Positions 46,201 to 52,583 of a DNA stretch of 64,000 nucleotides are shown one piece after another (position 1 is the first letter of the stretch; every line of letters begins with the position of its first letter). Source of the DNA: Desulfobacteraceae bacterium (GTDB taxonomy: Bacteria > Desulfobacterota > Desulfobacteria > Desulfobacterales > JAABSP01); contig JAABSP010000012.1 of the NCBI GenBank assembly GCA_011390345.1, positions 7,846 through 71,845 on the forward strand, written 5' to 3'. Both the position numbers and the translations under genes were made by a program. The notes beneath the pieces are model-generated. The model worked only from the letters and a program-made list of their open reading frames with translations. It was not told the origin of the DNA and ran no database searches.

Positions 46201-48078
46201 GACCCGAGGATTCGGGTGATCACGACCCCGGGTCTCACCAGGTACGGAAAGCTTGGGCTCGATTTCGGGAAAAAGGCGCTGCAGTACTGCGAGGAATATT
46301 ACGACATCCCCTTCCCCCTGCCCAAGCTGGATCAGATCGCAGTCCCCGACTTCGCGTTCGGCGCGATGGAGAACTGGGGCGCGATCACCTACCGGGAGAA
46401 CCTGCTCCTCGATTTTCCCGAGATCACCTCCAAGGCGGGCCGTGAGCGGATCTGCGAGGTGATCGCGCACGAGACCGCGCACCAGTGGTTCGGCAACCTG
46501 GTCACGCCGTCGGACTGGAAATACCTCTGGCTCAACGAGAGCTTTGCCACCTATTTCGGCTTCGGGGTGGTGGATCACTACTATCCGGAATGGGAGATCT
46601 GGGATCAGTTCATCCATACCGAGACCCATGTGGCCCTGGTGCGGGATGCTCTGCATGAGACCTTTCCCATCGAGATTCCGGGCGGCGAGCATGTGGTCAT
46701 AAACGCGAGCACAGCGCCCATCATCTACAACAAAGGGGGCAGCATTCTCCGGCAGGTCGAGGGGTATATCGGAACCGAGAGCTTTCAGGGTGGGCTGAGA
46801 AGCTATCTGAAGAAGTTCGAATACGGATGCGCTTCCAGCCATGATCTCTGGGACGCGCTGGCCGCGGCATCGGATGCCCCCATCACCCGGATGATGAAGG
46901 GATGGGTGGAGCAGCCGGGATTTCCGGTCATCGAGGCCCGGCGGGACAGCGATGAGCTGACCCTGACCCAGCGCAGATTTACCTATCTGCCCAATGATTC
47001 GGAGCAGGTCTGGCCCGTGCCGGTGATCCTGCGCCTCTTCGATGAAAAAGGGGAATCGAGGGCCGAGACGATCCTTCTGGAAAAAGTTTCTGAGACGATA
47101 CCGATAGATCCGGGCACCACAGCCTTCAAGATCAACGACGGCCAGACCGGCTTCTATCGGGTCCGGTATGAGGAGAAGGATCTGGAAAACCTGGCCCCGC
47201 TGGTGAAGGAGAAAGTACTCTCTCCCCAGGACCGGTGGGGGCTGGAGAGCGATCTATACGAGCAGGTCAAGGCCGCAAACCTGACGCCGGATAAGTACCT
47301 CGATTTCCTGGATCACTACAGGGATGAGGATGCCTTCCTCCCCCTGGTGAGCATCGCGGGCAACCTCTTCGGCTCCTATCTGATCCTTTCGGAGAAGTGG
47401 AAAGAGCGGATTGCGTCAACCGCAAAGGGGATTTTCGAGCCGCTGCTCGCCAGGATCGGATATGAGCCCGCGGAAGATGAGCCCCACACCACTTCCCTGC
47501 TCCGGGACCGGATCATCTGGCCTCTGGCTCTTTACGGATCGGATGAGACGCGGGAATTCTGCCGGAAGAGGTTTTCGGTTCTACAGTCCGGCGGAAGAGT
47601 CCATCCGGATATTGCAAAGAGTGTGATGCAGGTGGCCGCGCTATCGGGCGGAGAGGAGGTCTGGGAATGGCTGATCAACCGGCTGAAGAGTACCGAGAGC
47701 GAGCATGAGCGGATGAACATCCTGATCGCGATGGGCTGTTTTTCTGATAAGTCGCTGATCGACCGGGCAAAGGAGTATATTCTGGAAAAAGTCCCCAGCC
47801 GCAACCGGTTCGTGCCCATCTCCGCGCTGACCATGAATCCCCATGCCATTCCCGATATGTGGAACTGGTATCAGGAGAACCTGCGCGCGCTGGAGGCATT
47901 TCACCCGATCCATTACGAGCGGGTGATCGAATCGATCATGCCGGTCTGCGGGCTGGTCAGTCCCGATGCGGTGAAGGCGTTCTTCAAGGAGTATGGGAGC
48001 AAGAAGCCGGCGTTCAAGGATATAATCAACCTCTCTCTGGAGAAGCTGGAGATCAACCTGCGGATGGCGGAGATGTAA
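43261..48078 (+). CDS. single 1605-aa ORF: degenerate Ski2/HelY-like helicase (aa 1-~770) fused in frame to an M1-family aminopeptidase (aa ~783-1605)
   Basis: The N-terminal half keeps Ski2-like landmarks (IGTVHENHHP...GLDLIVGTPGTLSEMDV; LAGRRGVDDAGWVIAV) and a DSHCT-like end. Its Walker A reads TTPGRAEKT and the DEVH position reads NGLE. The C-terminal half has intact M1 motifs GAMENWG, HETAHQWFGNLV and WLNESFA plus an ERAP1-like C-domain. No stop codon separates the halves. Confidence 0.85.
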   Translation: MTEPKNYPRLDPKLEKLLEKADVKPLDISEAIWQPLAQNIPAQQNLVVTTPGRAEKTVIAVTIAAILSRYVERIWYVEPRRETDDYRTFRISAALSHIGTSTFTRGEGGDFNAPVLIWPLDMVLDHLADLEDIPWPGALILNGLERMDHPQDGALMEALLLALPADIPVAGVGSGIANIDAVASWLETLKGRPCRSYHADIEPMPRIPAFLTSEWELLPLLDRKKLSGRVKRSLKELSPFDADSPKFMRELLEFLGAGFGPALAVAAAPGECDSAVFRGPKAAKKAGDPLTEPLVSRILDQNPDIKEAPLLKEVLARRIGTVHENHHPLWNRLMEHLMAMDGLDLIVGTPGTLSEMDVRTKSVLFLASETPEPHKEAEEISHWDGNRIIRLAGRRGVDDAGWVIAVHESDTDPVRIKDLFLADEHSLSGAFRCDFRTVLALCSQARFGVPKDMLERSFTGDAEEPFTGFDLSEFRQGLAEEIPNARCSGHIQSVSALKDLRIRLTLEMTRIEDTHPREAKGKEAALKRRLQELETFLPELPCEGCDHFSLCHGRGTKTFRALMEQYYENLEPLKESRAGLLLDLDHRIESLRAFGLIDDEDRLTEMGKSALRTGLETPQPLVECLRQGVFEDLEPQIAIALAGGFIEMGEWRPKPHMEENLRSFFSDLEPVYAKMEPAIDSARREMLRFGFAVKAPSPQQSAIILAWTGETDERTLKQYTGIPMGPLAELIRRTRYLCRQLNIGPLSGVCHTDDRIDDRSTGEEDIKEGENAPIREKERDENMMQPLVYRIHLEPDPDRFRFSGNVKIRFQVRKPSDTIVLNILDLAVWRCEILRDGEKIPCAFSAEPRKEELIITLPEPAEGEIEIFIEYEGNINDQMAGFYRSGYKVGEETRYIAVTQFQESDARRVFPCMDHPQQKAVFEIEMVCDRRLTPIANTLPVEERKIDENRRLTRFAPTPKMSTYLLFMGIGEFDIVGDSEDPRIRVITTPGLTRYGKLGLDFGKKALQYCEEYYDIPFPLPKLDQIAVPDFAFGAMENWGAITYRENLLLDFPEITSKAGRERICEVIAHETAHQWFGNLVTPSDWKYLWLNESFATYFGFGVVDHYYPEWEIWDQFIHTETHVALVRDALHETFPIEIPGGEHVVINASTAPIIYNKGGSILRQVEGYIGTESFQGGLRSYLKKFEYGCASSHDLWDALAAASDAPITRMMKGWVEQPGFPVIEARRDSDELTLTQRRFTYLPNDSEQVWPVPVILRLFDEKGESRAETILLEKVSETIPIDPGTTAFKINDGQTGFYRVRYEEKDLENLAPLVKEKVLSPQDRWGLESDLYEQVKAANLTPDKYLDFLDHYRDEDAFLPLVSIAGNLFGSYLILSEKWKERIASTAKGIFEPLLARIGYEPAEDEPHTTSLLRDRIIWPLALYGSDETREFCRKRFSVLQSGGRVHPDIAKSVMQVAALSGGEEVWEWLINRLKSTESEHERMNILIAMGCFSDKSLIDRAKEYILEKVPSRNRFVPISALTMNPHAIPDMWNWYQENLRALEAFHPIHYERVIESIMPVCGLVSPDAVKAFFKEYGSKKPAFKDIINLSLEKLEINLRMAEM

Positions 48079-48093
48079 GCACCCGAAACCATA

Positions 48094-48675
48094 TTATACG
48101 CCGAAGACCGCGTCCAGATCGATGACAAGCCCCTCGATGGATGCGGTCTTTTTGCTTCCGCCCTCCAGAATTTCCGTTGCGCCATATCGGCCGTCAGGCC
48201 CCAGGATACGAACGTAGAGAATATTATCCGCCGGATGAATGATCCAGTACTCTTTTACACCATGTTTTTCGTATAAGGAGAGCTTCCGGATCTGATCCTT
48301 GGCCGCAGTGGAAGGCGACAGGATTTCGATGATGAAATCCGGCGCGCCCCGACACCCCCGGTCATCGACCTTTGAAGAATCACAGACCACGGAAAAATCC
48401 GGCTGCACAACGGTGATGATCTCGTCATCCGCCTCATTCTTCTCCGGTAGCCGGACATCGAAGGGCGCAATATAGGGAATACACTCGCTGTCCTGTAAAT
48501 GATTGCTGATCTGACGGCCCAGTTCCAACAGGATTCGCTGATGACGTGGATGGGGTGCAGGACTCATATCATAAGGAACCCCTTGGATCAGCTCACATCG
48601 TTCCTCATCGGGCCAGTTTCGGTAATCTCTATAGGTTAGGATCTCTTTTTCGTTTTTCAAGCTCGGCATCGACAT
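48094..48675 (-). CDS. Uma2-family (DUF820) restriction-endonuclease-fold protein, copy 1
   Basis: ...WPDEERCELIQGVPYDMSPAPHPRHQ...VVQPDFSVVCD...GAPDFIIEILSPSTAAKDQIRKLSLYEKHGVKEYWII contains the PD-(D/E)xK core. Confidence 0.85.
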   Translation of the reverse strand: MSMPSLKNEKEILTYRDYRNWPDEERCELIQGVPYDMSPAPHPRHQRILLELGRQISNHLQDSECIPYIAPFDVRLPEKNEADDEIITVVQPDFSVVCDSSKVDDRGCRGAPDFIIEILSPSTAAKDQIRKLSLYEKHGVKEYWIIHPADNILYVRILGPDGRYGATEILEGGSKKTASIEGLVIDLDAVFGV

Positions 48676-48734
48676 GGCATTTGCTCACCCTTTGAAATTG
48701 TTGAATGGCCGGGATGTAAGCGCCCCAAACCGTT

Positions 48735-49316
48735 TCATACGCTGAAGACCGCGTCCAGATCGATGATAAGTTCCGGAACGGCTGCGATCTTTTTGCTTCC
48801 GCCCACCACGATTTCCGACACACCGTATCGACCGTCGGGGCCGAGGGTCCGGACATAGAGGATGTTGTCCGTGGGATGGATGATCCAATACTCTTTCACC
48901 CCATGCTTTTCGTAGAGCGAGAGCTTCCGGGTCTGATCCTTGGCTGCGGTCGACGGCGACAGGATTTCGATGATGAAATCCGGCGCGCCCCGACACCCCC
49001 GGTCATCGACCTTTGAAGAATCACAGACGACCGCAAGATCCGGCTGGACAACGGTGATGATCTCGTCATCGGCCTCATCCTTCTCAGGAAGCCGGAAATC
49101 GTAGGGCGCCACAAAGAGCCTGCAGTCTCTGTTCATTAAACATCGGAAAATCTGGTAGTTCAGCGCCACAAGGATCTCCTGATGGCGGGTATTGGGTGCA
49201 GGACTCATATCATAAGGAACCCCTTGGATCAGCTCCCATCGTTCCTCTCCGGGCCAGTTCCGGTAATCCCCATAGGTGAGGATCTCTTTTTCGTTTTTCA
49301 GATTCGGCATCGACAT
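48735..49316 (-). CDS. Uma2-family (DUF820) restriction-endonuclease-fold protein, copy 2
   Basis: This is a paralog of copy 1. The start is set at ATG 49316 (MSMPNLKNEK), preceded by AAAGGAGAG at 8 nt, matching the copy 1 start context. The track start at 49343 is an upstream extension. Confidence 0.85.
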   Translation of the reverse strand: MSMPNLKNEKEILTYGDYRNWPGEERWELIQGVPYDMSPAPNTRHQEILVALNYQIFRCLMNRDCRLFVAPYDFRLPEKDEADDEIITVVQPDLAVVCDSSKVDDRGCRGAPDFIIEILSPSTAAKDQTRKLSLYEKHGVKEYWIIHPTDNILYVRTLGPDGRYGVSEIVVGGSKKIAAVPELIIDLDAVFSV

Positions 49317-49346
49317 GGCATTTGCTCTCCTTTTCATGCTCATCTA

Positions 49347-49404
49347 TTTTTTAAGAACAGAATCTTTTCCAAGACTTTTTTAAGAATAGAATCTTTTCCA
49401 AGAC
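49347..49404. repeat. tandem 29-bp direct repeat (TTTTTTAAGAAYAGAATCTTTTCCAAGAC x2)
   Basis: Copies at 49347..49375 and 49376..49404 differ at one position (C/T). The repeat lies in the divergent Uma2/moaC intergenic region. Confidence 0.75.
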
Positions 49405-49437
49405 TTTGCAACCCCGATCCTTCACCGGACATTTCCC

Positions 49438-49467
49438 TTGACAGAGAGGGTCAAGGTAAACCATACT
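49438..49467 (+). promoter_or_regulatory. possible sigma70-like promoter for moaC (TTGACA-18 nt-CATACT) with overlapping 7-bp inverted repeat CCTTGAC/GTCAAGG
   Basis: The sequence is ccTTGACAgagagggtcaaggtaaacCATACT, about 35 nt upstream of the moaC ATG. Confidence 0.3.
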
Positions 49468-49500
49468 CTTCCTTTGATATTGCAGAAGGGAGGGCTGCAG

Positions 49501-50010
49501 ATGACCGACTTCACCCACATCGACGAAAAAGGGCAGGTTCGGATGGTGGATGTCTCGGAAAAGGCCGAAACCGTTCGAACCGCGACCGCAGAAGCCCGCA
49601 TCGAGATGAAACCGGAGACCTTTCGCCGGATCTATGACAAGGAGATCAAAAAGGGGAATGTGCTGGAGACGGCCCGGATCGCGGGCGTCATGGCCGCAAA
49701 AAGAACCGGGGAGCTGATCCCCATGTGCCATCCCATCCCCATCACCCACGCGCAGGTCGATTTTCTGCCGGAGCCGGATACCCATACCATCCGGATCAGC
49801 GCAACGGCCCGCACAGTGGGCCAGACCGGGGTGGAGATGGAGGCGCTGACCGCGGCCTCTGTGGCGGCCCTGACCATCTATGACATGTGCAAGGCCATCG
49901 ACCGGGAGATGACCGTGAAAGAGATCCGGCTGATGGAAAAATCAGGGGGAAAGAGCGGAGATTTTCTTAGGACCCAAGCGGATGCATCTAAAGGAGAGGC
50001 GGGGCCATGA
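49501..50010 (+). CDS. moaC: cyclic pyranopterin monophosphate synthase MoaC
   Basis: [21 protein letters not shown]...[21 protein letters not shown]...[23 protein letters not shown]. The start at 49501 is preceded by GAAGGGAGGG. Confidence 0.92.
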   Translation: MTDFTHIDEKGQVRMVDVSEKAETVRTATAEARIEMKPETFRRIYDKEIKKGNVLETARIAGVMAAKRTGELIPMCHPIPITHAQVDFLPEPDTHTIRISATARTVGQTGVEMEALTAASVAALTIYDMCKAIDREMTVKEIRLMEKSGGKSGDFLRTQADASKGEAGP

Positions 50011-51296
50011 GAAAAAAAACATATGCAGCATTTGGCGTTCTGATCAGTCTTCTGTTTGCACTCTGGGGATGCCCTCAAAAACCGCTGCCGCCGCCGGAAC
50101 CGGAAAAGCCCGACCTGGTCCGGCTGGCACTGGAAGATTATCCCCGGTTTGCCGATGATATGAACTACGACGGGCTGGACCAAGCCATCCAGAAGAGCCT
50201 GCTCTACCTGAACCGGATTCCGCCGAACCGCACCTTTTCCCTCGGTGAGGAGACTGTATCCGCAGCCCATGTAAAGCGTTCCCTGGAGCGGTTTCAGGAT
50301 ATCCTCTTCCTGAAACCGACGCCCGATGATCTGAACCGGTTCATCCGGGAGAACTTCCGGGTTTACGGATCTTTGGCGCCGGCACCAGAACCCCCGACAG
50401 CAGAGGAATCAGAGGAGGAATCAGAGCCCGAATTAGAACCGGATGCCCCCCCTTTAAAAACCGCAGAGAATGCGGTTCTCTTCACCGGATATTTCGAGCC
50501 CCTGCTGCAGGGAAGCCTCTCCCGGGGCGGCCCCTATCAGTATCCGGTCTACGGGATGCCCCAAAATATTGCGGTGGTGGATCTCTCCCTCTTTTCAGAT
50601 AAATATGCCGGAGAGAAGATCATCGGCCGGGTCTCGGGAAAGAGCTTTGTTCCCTATTATGAGCGCAAGGAGATCGAAGAGAAGGGGGTATTGCGGAATA
50701 ATGCCCCGGTGCGGGCCTGGGTCGATGACCCGATCGATCTCTTCTTTCTGCAGATCCAGGGGTCCGGAAAGATCGAACTGACGGATAAAGAGATCATCGA
50801 TGTCCATTACAGCGGAAAGAATGGCCGCCCCTATCGGGCCATCGGCCGGCTGCTCATCGACGAGGGAAAGGTCTCCAAAGAAGAGATGTCGATGCAGCGG
50901 ATCCGCCAATATCTGGAGGAGAACCCTGATGACGCGGATCGGGTGATGAACTACAACCCGAGCTATGTCTTTTTCAGTATCGAAGATGACGGGCCCAAAG
51001 GCGCATTGAACGTGGTGCTGACCCCGGGCCGCTCTCTTGCGGTGGACCGGGGGATCTTCCCCATGGCCGCGCTCGCGTTTGTCCGAACAGAAAAGCCGCT
51101 GCTGGACCATGAGGGCCGGATTCGAGAATGGACCCATTTTTCCCGATTCATGCTCCATCAGGATACCGGAGGCGCGATCAAAGGCGCGGACAGGGCAGAC
51201 ATCTTCTGGGGAAGCGGCCATTATGCCGAGATCGCGGCGGGACATCTGCGCCACCGGGGAGAGCATTATCTACTGCTGCTGAACCCGGATAAATAG
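50007..51296 (+). CDS. mltA: murein transglycosylase A (MltA) lipoprotein
   Basis: The lipobox is LFALWGC. The MltA and 3D domain blocks are present (TGYFEPLLQGS..., FLQIQGSGKI, GRPYRAIGRLL, LHQDTGGAIKGADRADIFWG). Confidence 0.88.
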   Translation: MRKKTYAAFGVLISLLFALWGCPQKPLPPPEPEKPDLVRLALEDYPRFADDMNYDGLDQAIQKSLLYLNRIPPNRTFSLGEETVSAAHVKRSLERFQDILFLKPTPDDLNRFIRENFRVYGSLAPAPEPPTAEESEEESEPELEPDAPPLKTAENAVLFTGYFEPLLQGSLSRGGPYQYPVYGMPQNIAVVDLSLFSDKYAGEKIIGRVSGKSFVPYYERKEIEEKGVLRNNAPVRAWVDDPIDLFFLQIQGSGKIELTDKEIIDVHYSGKNGRPYRAIGRLLIDEGKVSKEEMSMQRIRQYLEENPDDADRVMNYNPSYVFFSIEDDGPKGALNVVLTPGRSLAVDRGIFPMAALAFVRTEKPLLDHEGRIREWTHFSRFMLHQDTGGAIKGADRADIFWGSGHYAEIAAGHLRHRGEHYLLLLNPDK

Positions 51297-51343
51297 AACA
51301 ACTTCATGGATCAACTCATTTGAAATAGGACAGGAGATATATC

Positions 51344-51805
51344 ATGTTCGGCATGGGAATGCCTGAAATCATTCTTATACTGGCCATCGCACTGATTGTG
51401 ATCGGCCCAAAAAAGCTTCCGGAAATGGCCAAATCCCTGGGCCGGGCCATGGGGGAGTTCAAAAGAGCCACCAGCGATTTCCGGGAGACCCTGGAGATCG
51501 ACAATGAACTCTCCCAGGTGAAGAAAGCCTTTGACGACATGAACGTCGAAGATCAGGAGGAGAAAAGACCGCCGGCCCCCCTGAAGGAGAAAAAGGCATC
51601 GCCGCCCAAGGAGAGCATCGAGGTTTCCGATGATCCGGCTGCGGCCCCGGATATAGTGGCCATGACCGAGGGAGAGGCGACAAAAGCAGAGAAGCCCCTG
51701 GCGGAAAAGGAAGCTGGAGAGAGAGCCCCGGAATCGGAAAAGCCCTTGTCTCAAAAGGGTTCAGAACCGGAAACCGCTTCGGAAAAAGGAACCGCCAATG
51801 CTTAG
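51344..51805 (+). CDS. tatB: twin-arginine translocase TatA/TatB-family protein with long acidic tail
   Basis: MFGMGMPEIILILAIALIVIGPKKLPEMAKSLGRAMGEFKRA is the TatA/E/B N-terminal signature. The 153-aa length suggests a TatB-like role. Confidence 0.85.
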   Translation: MFGMGMPEIILILAIALIVIGPKKLPEMAKSLGRAMGEFKRATSDFRETLEIDNELSQVKKAFDDMNVEDQEEKRPPAPLKEKKASPPKESIEVSDDPAAAPDIVAMTEGEATKAEKPLAEKEAGERAPESEKPLSQKGSEPETASEKGTANA

Positions 51806-52583
51806 GGAAGAGGACAAGATTCCCTTTACCGAGCATCTGGAGGAGCTTAGAACCCGGCTGATCAACTCCTTTATCGCTGTCTTCATCGGCTTTTTCATCT
51901 GCTACTTCTTCAAGGAAACTCTTTTCCAGATTCTCACCGCGCCGCTGATTGCGGTCATGGGCGAGGGGGACAAGCTGATCTTCACCAATCTGCCCGAGGC
52001 CTTCTTCACCTACCTGAAGGTGGCCTTGCTGGCCGGGATCATGCTGGCCGCGCCCTTCCTTTTCTACCAGTTCTGGATGTTCGTCGCGCCGGGCCTCTAT
52101 CAGAAGGAGCGCCGGATTCTGATCCCCATCGTTCTTCTCTCTTCGATCTTCTTTGTGGGGGGCGCGCTCTTCGGCTATTTCATCGTCTTCCCCTGGGGTT
52201 TCAAATTCTTTTTAGGGTTTGCAAGCGAGACTATCCGGCCCCTTCCCTCCATGAAGGAGTATCTGAGTTTTTCCAGCAAGCTGCTGATCGCGTTCGGCGT
52301 AGTCTTCGAGCTTCCCCTGGTGCTCACCTTCATGGCCCGGCTGGGGATGGTTTCGGTCGATTTTCTGAAGAAGAACCGAAAATATGCGCTGCTGCTCTTT
52401 TTTATCGGTTCGGCCATTCTCACCCCGCCCGATGTGGTGACGCAGGTGATGATGGCGCTTCCCCTGATGCTGCTCTACGAGGTCAGCATCATCGGCGCGC
52501 GGATCTTTGGCCGGAAGCCTTTGGATGCGGATTTGCCGGACATGGATGAGGATGAATTGAAACAGAAGAAAGATAAAGCATGA
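51798..52583 (+). CDS. tatC: twin-arginine translocase subunit TatC
   Basis: FTEHLEELRTRLI..., six TM helices, ...LTPPDVVTQ... It overlaps tatA/B by 8 nt. Confidence 0.93.
   Translation: MLREEDKIPFTEHLEELRTRLINSFIAVFIGFFICYFFKETLFQILTAPLIAVMGEGDKLIFTNLPEAFFTYLKVALLAGIMLAAPFLFYQFWMFVAPGLYQKERRILIPIVLLSSIFFVGGALFGYFIVFPWGFKFFLGFASETIRPLPSMKEYLSFSSKLLIAFGVVFELPLVLTFMARLGMVSVDFLKKNRKYALLLFFIGSAILTPPDVVTQVMMALPLMLLYEVSIIGARIFGRKPLDADLPDMDEDELKQKKDKA

Larger units (their letters stand above)
48094..49343. repeat. tandem duplication (period 641 nt) comprising the two Uma2 genes including their 5' leaders
   Basis: The two copies align over their full length. A 74-nt block is perfectly identical (48314..48387 = 48955..49028). 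The start contexts are also identical (GCAAATGCCATGTCGATGCC). Confidence 0.8.

Noticed and set aside
45607-48078. Treating the M1 aminopeptidase as a separate gene starting at ATGATG 45607 (an RBS-like AAGGAAAGGGA lies 7 nt upstream)
   Set aside because: No stop codon interrupts the frame from 43261, so upstream ribosomes must read through and the fusion product is the primary call. Internal initiation remains possible and is mentioned in the finding rather than annotated separately.
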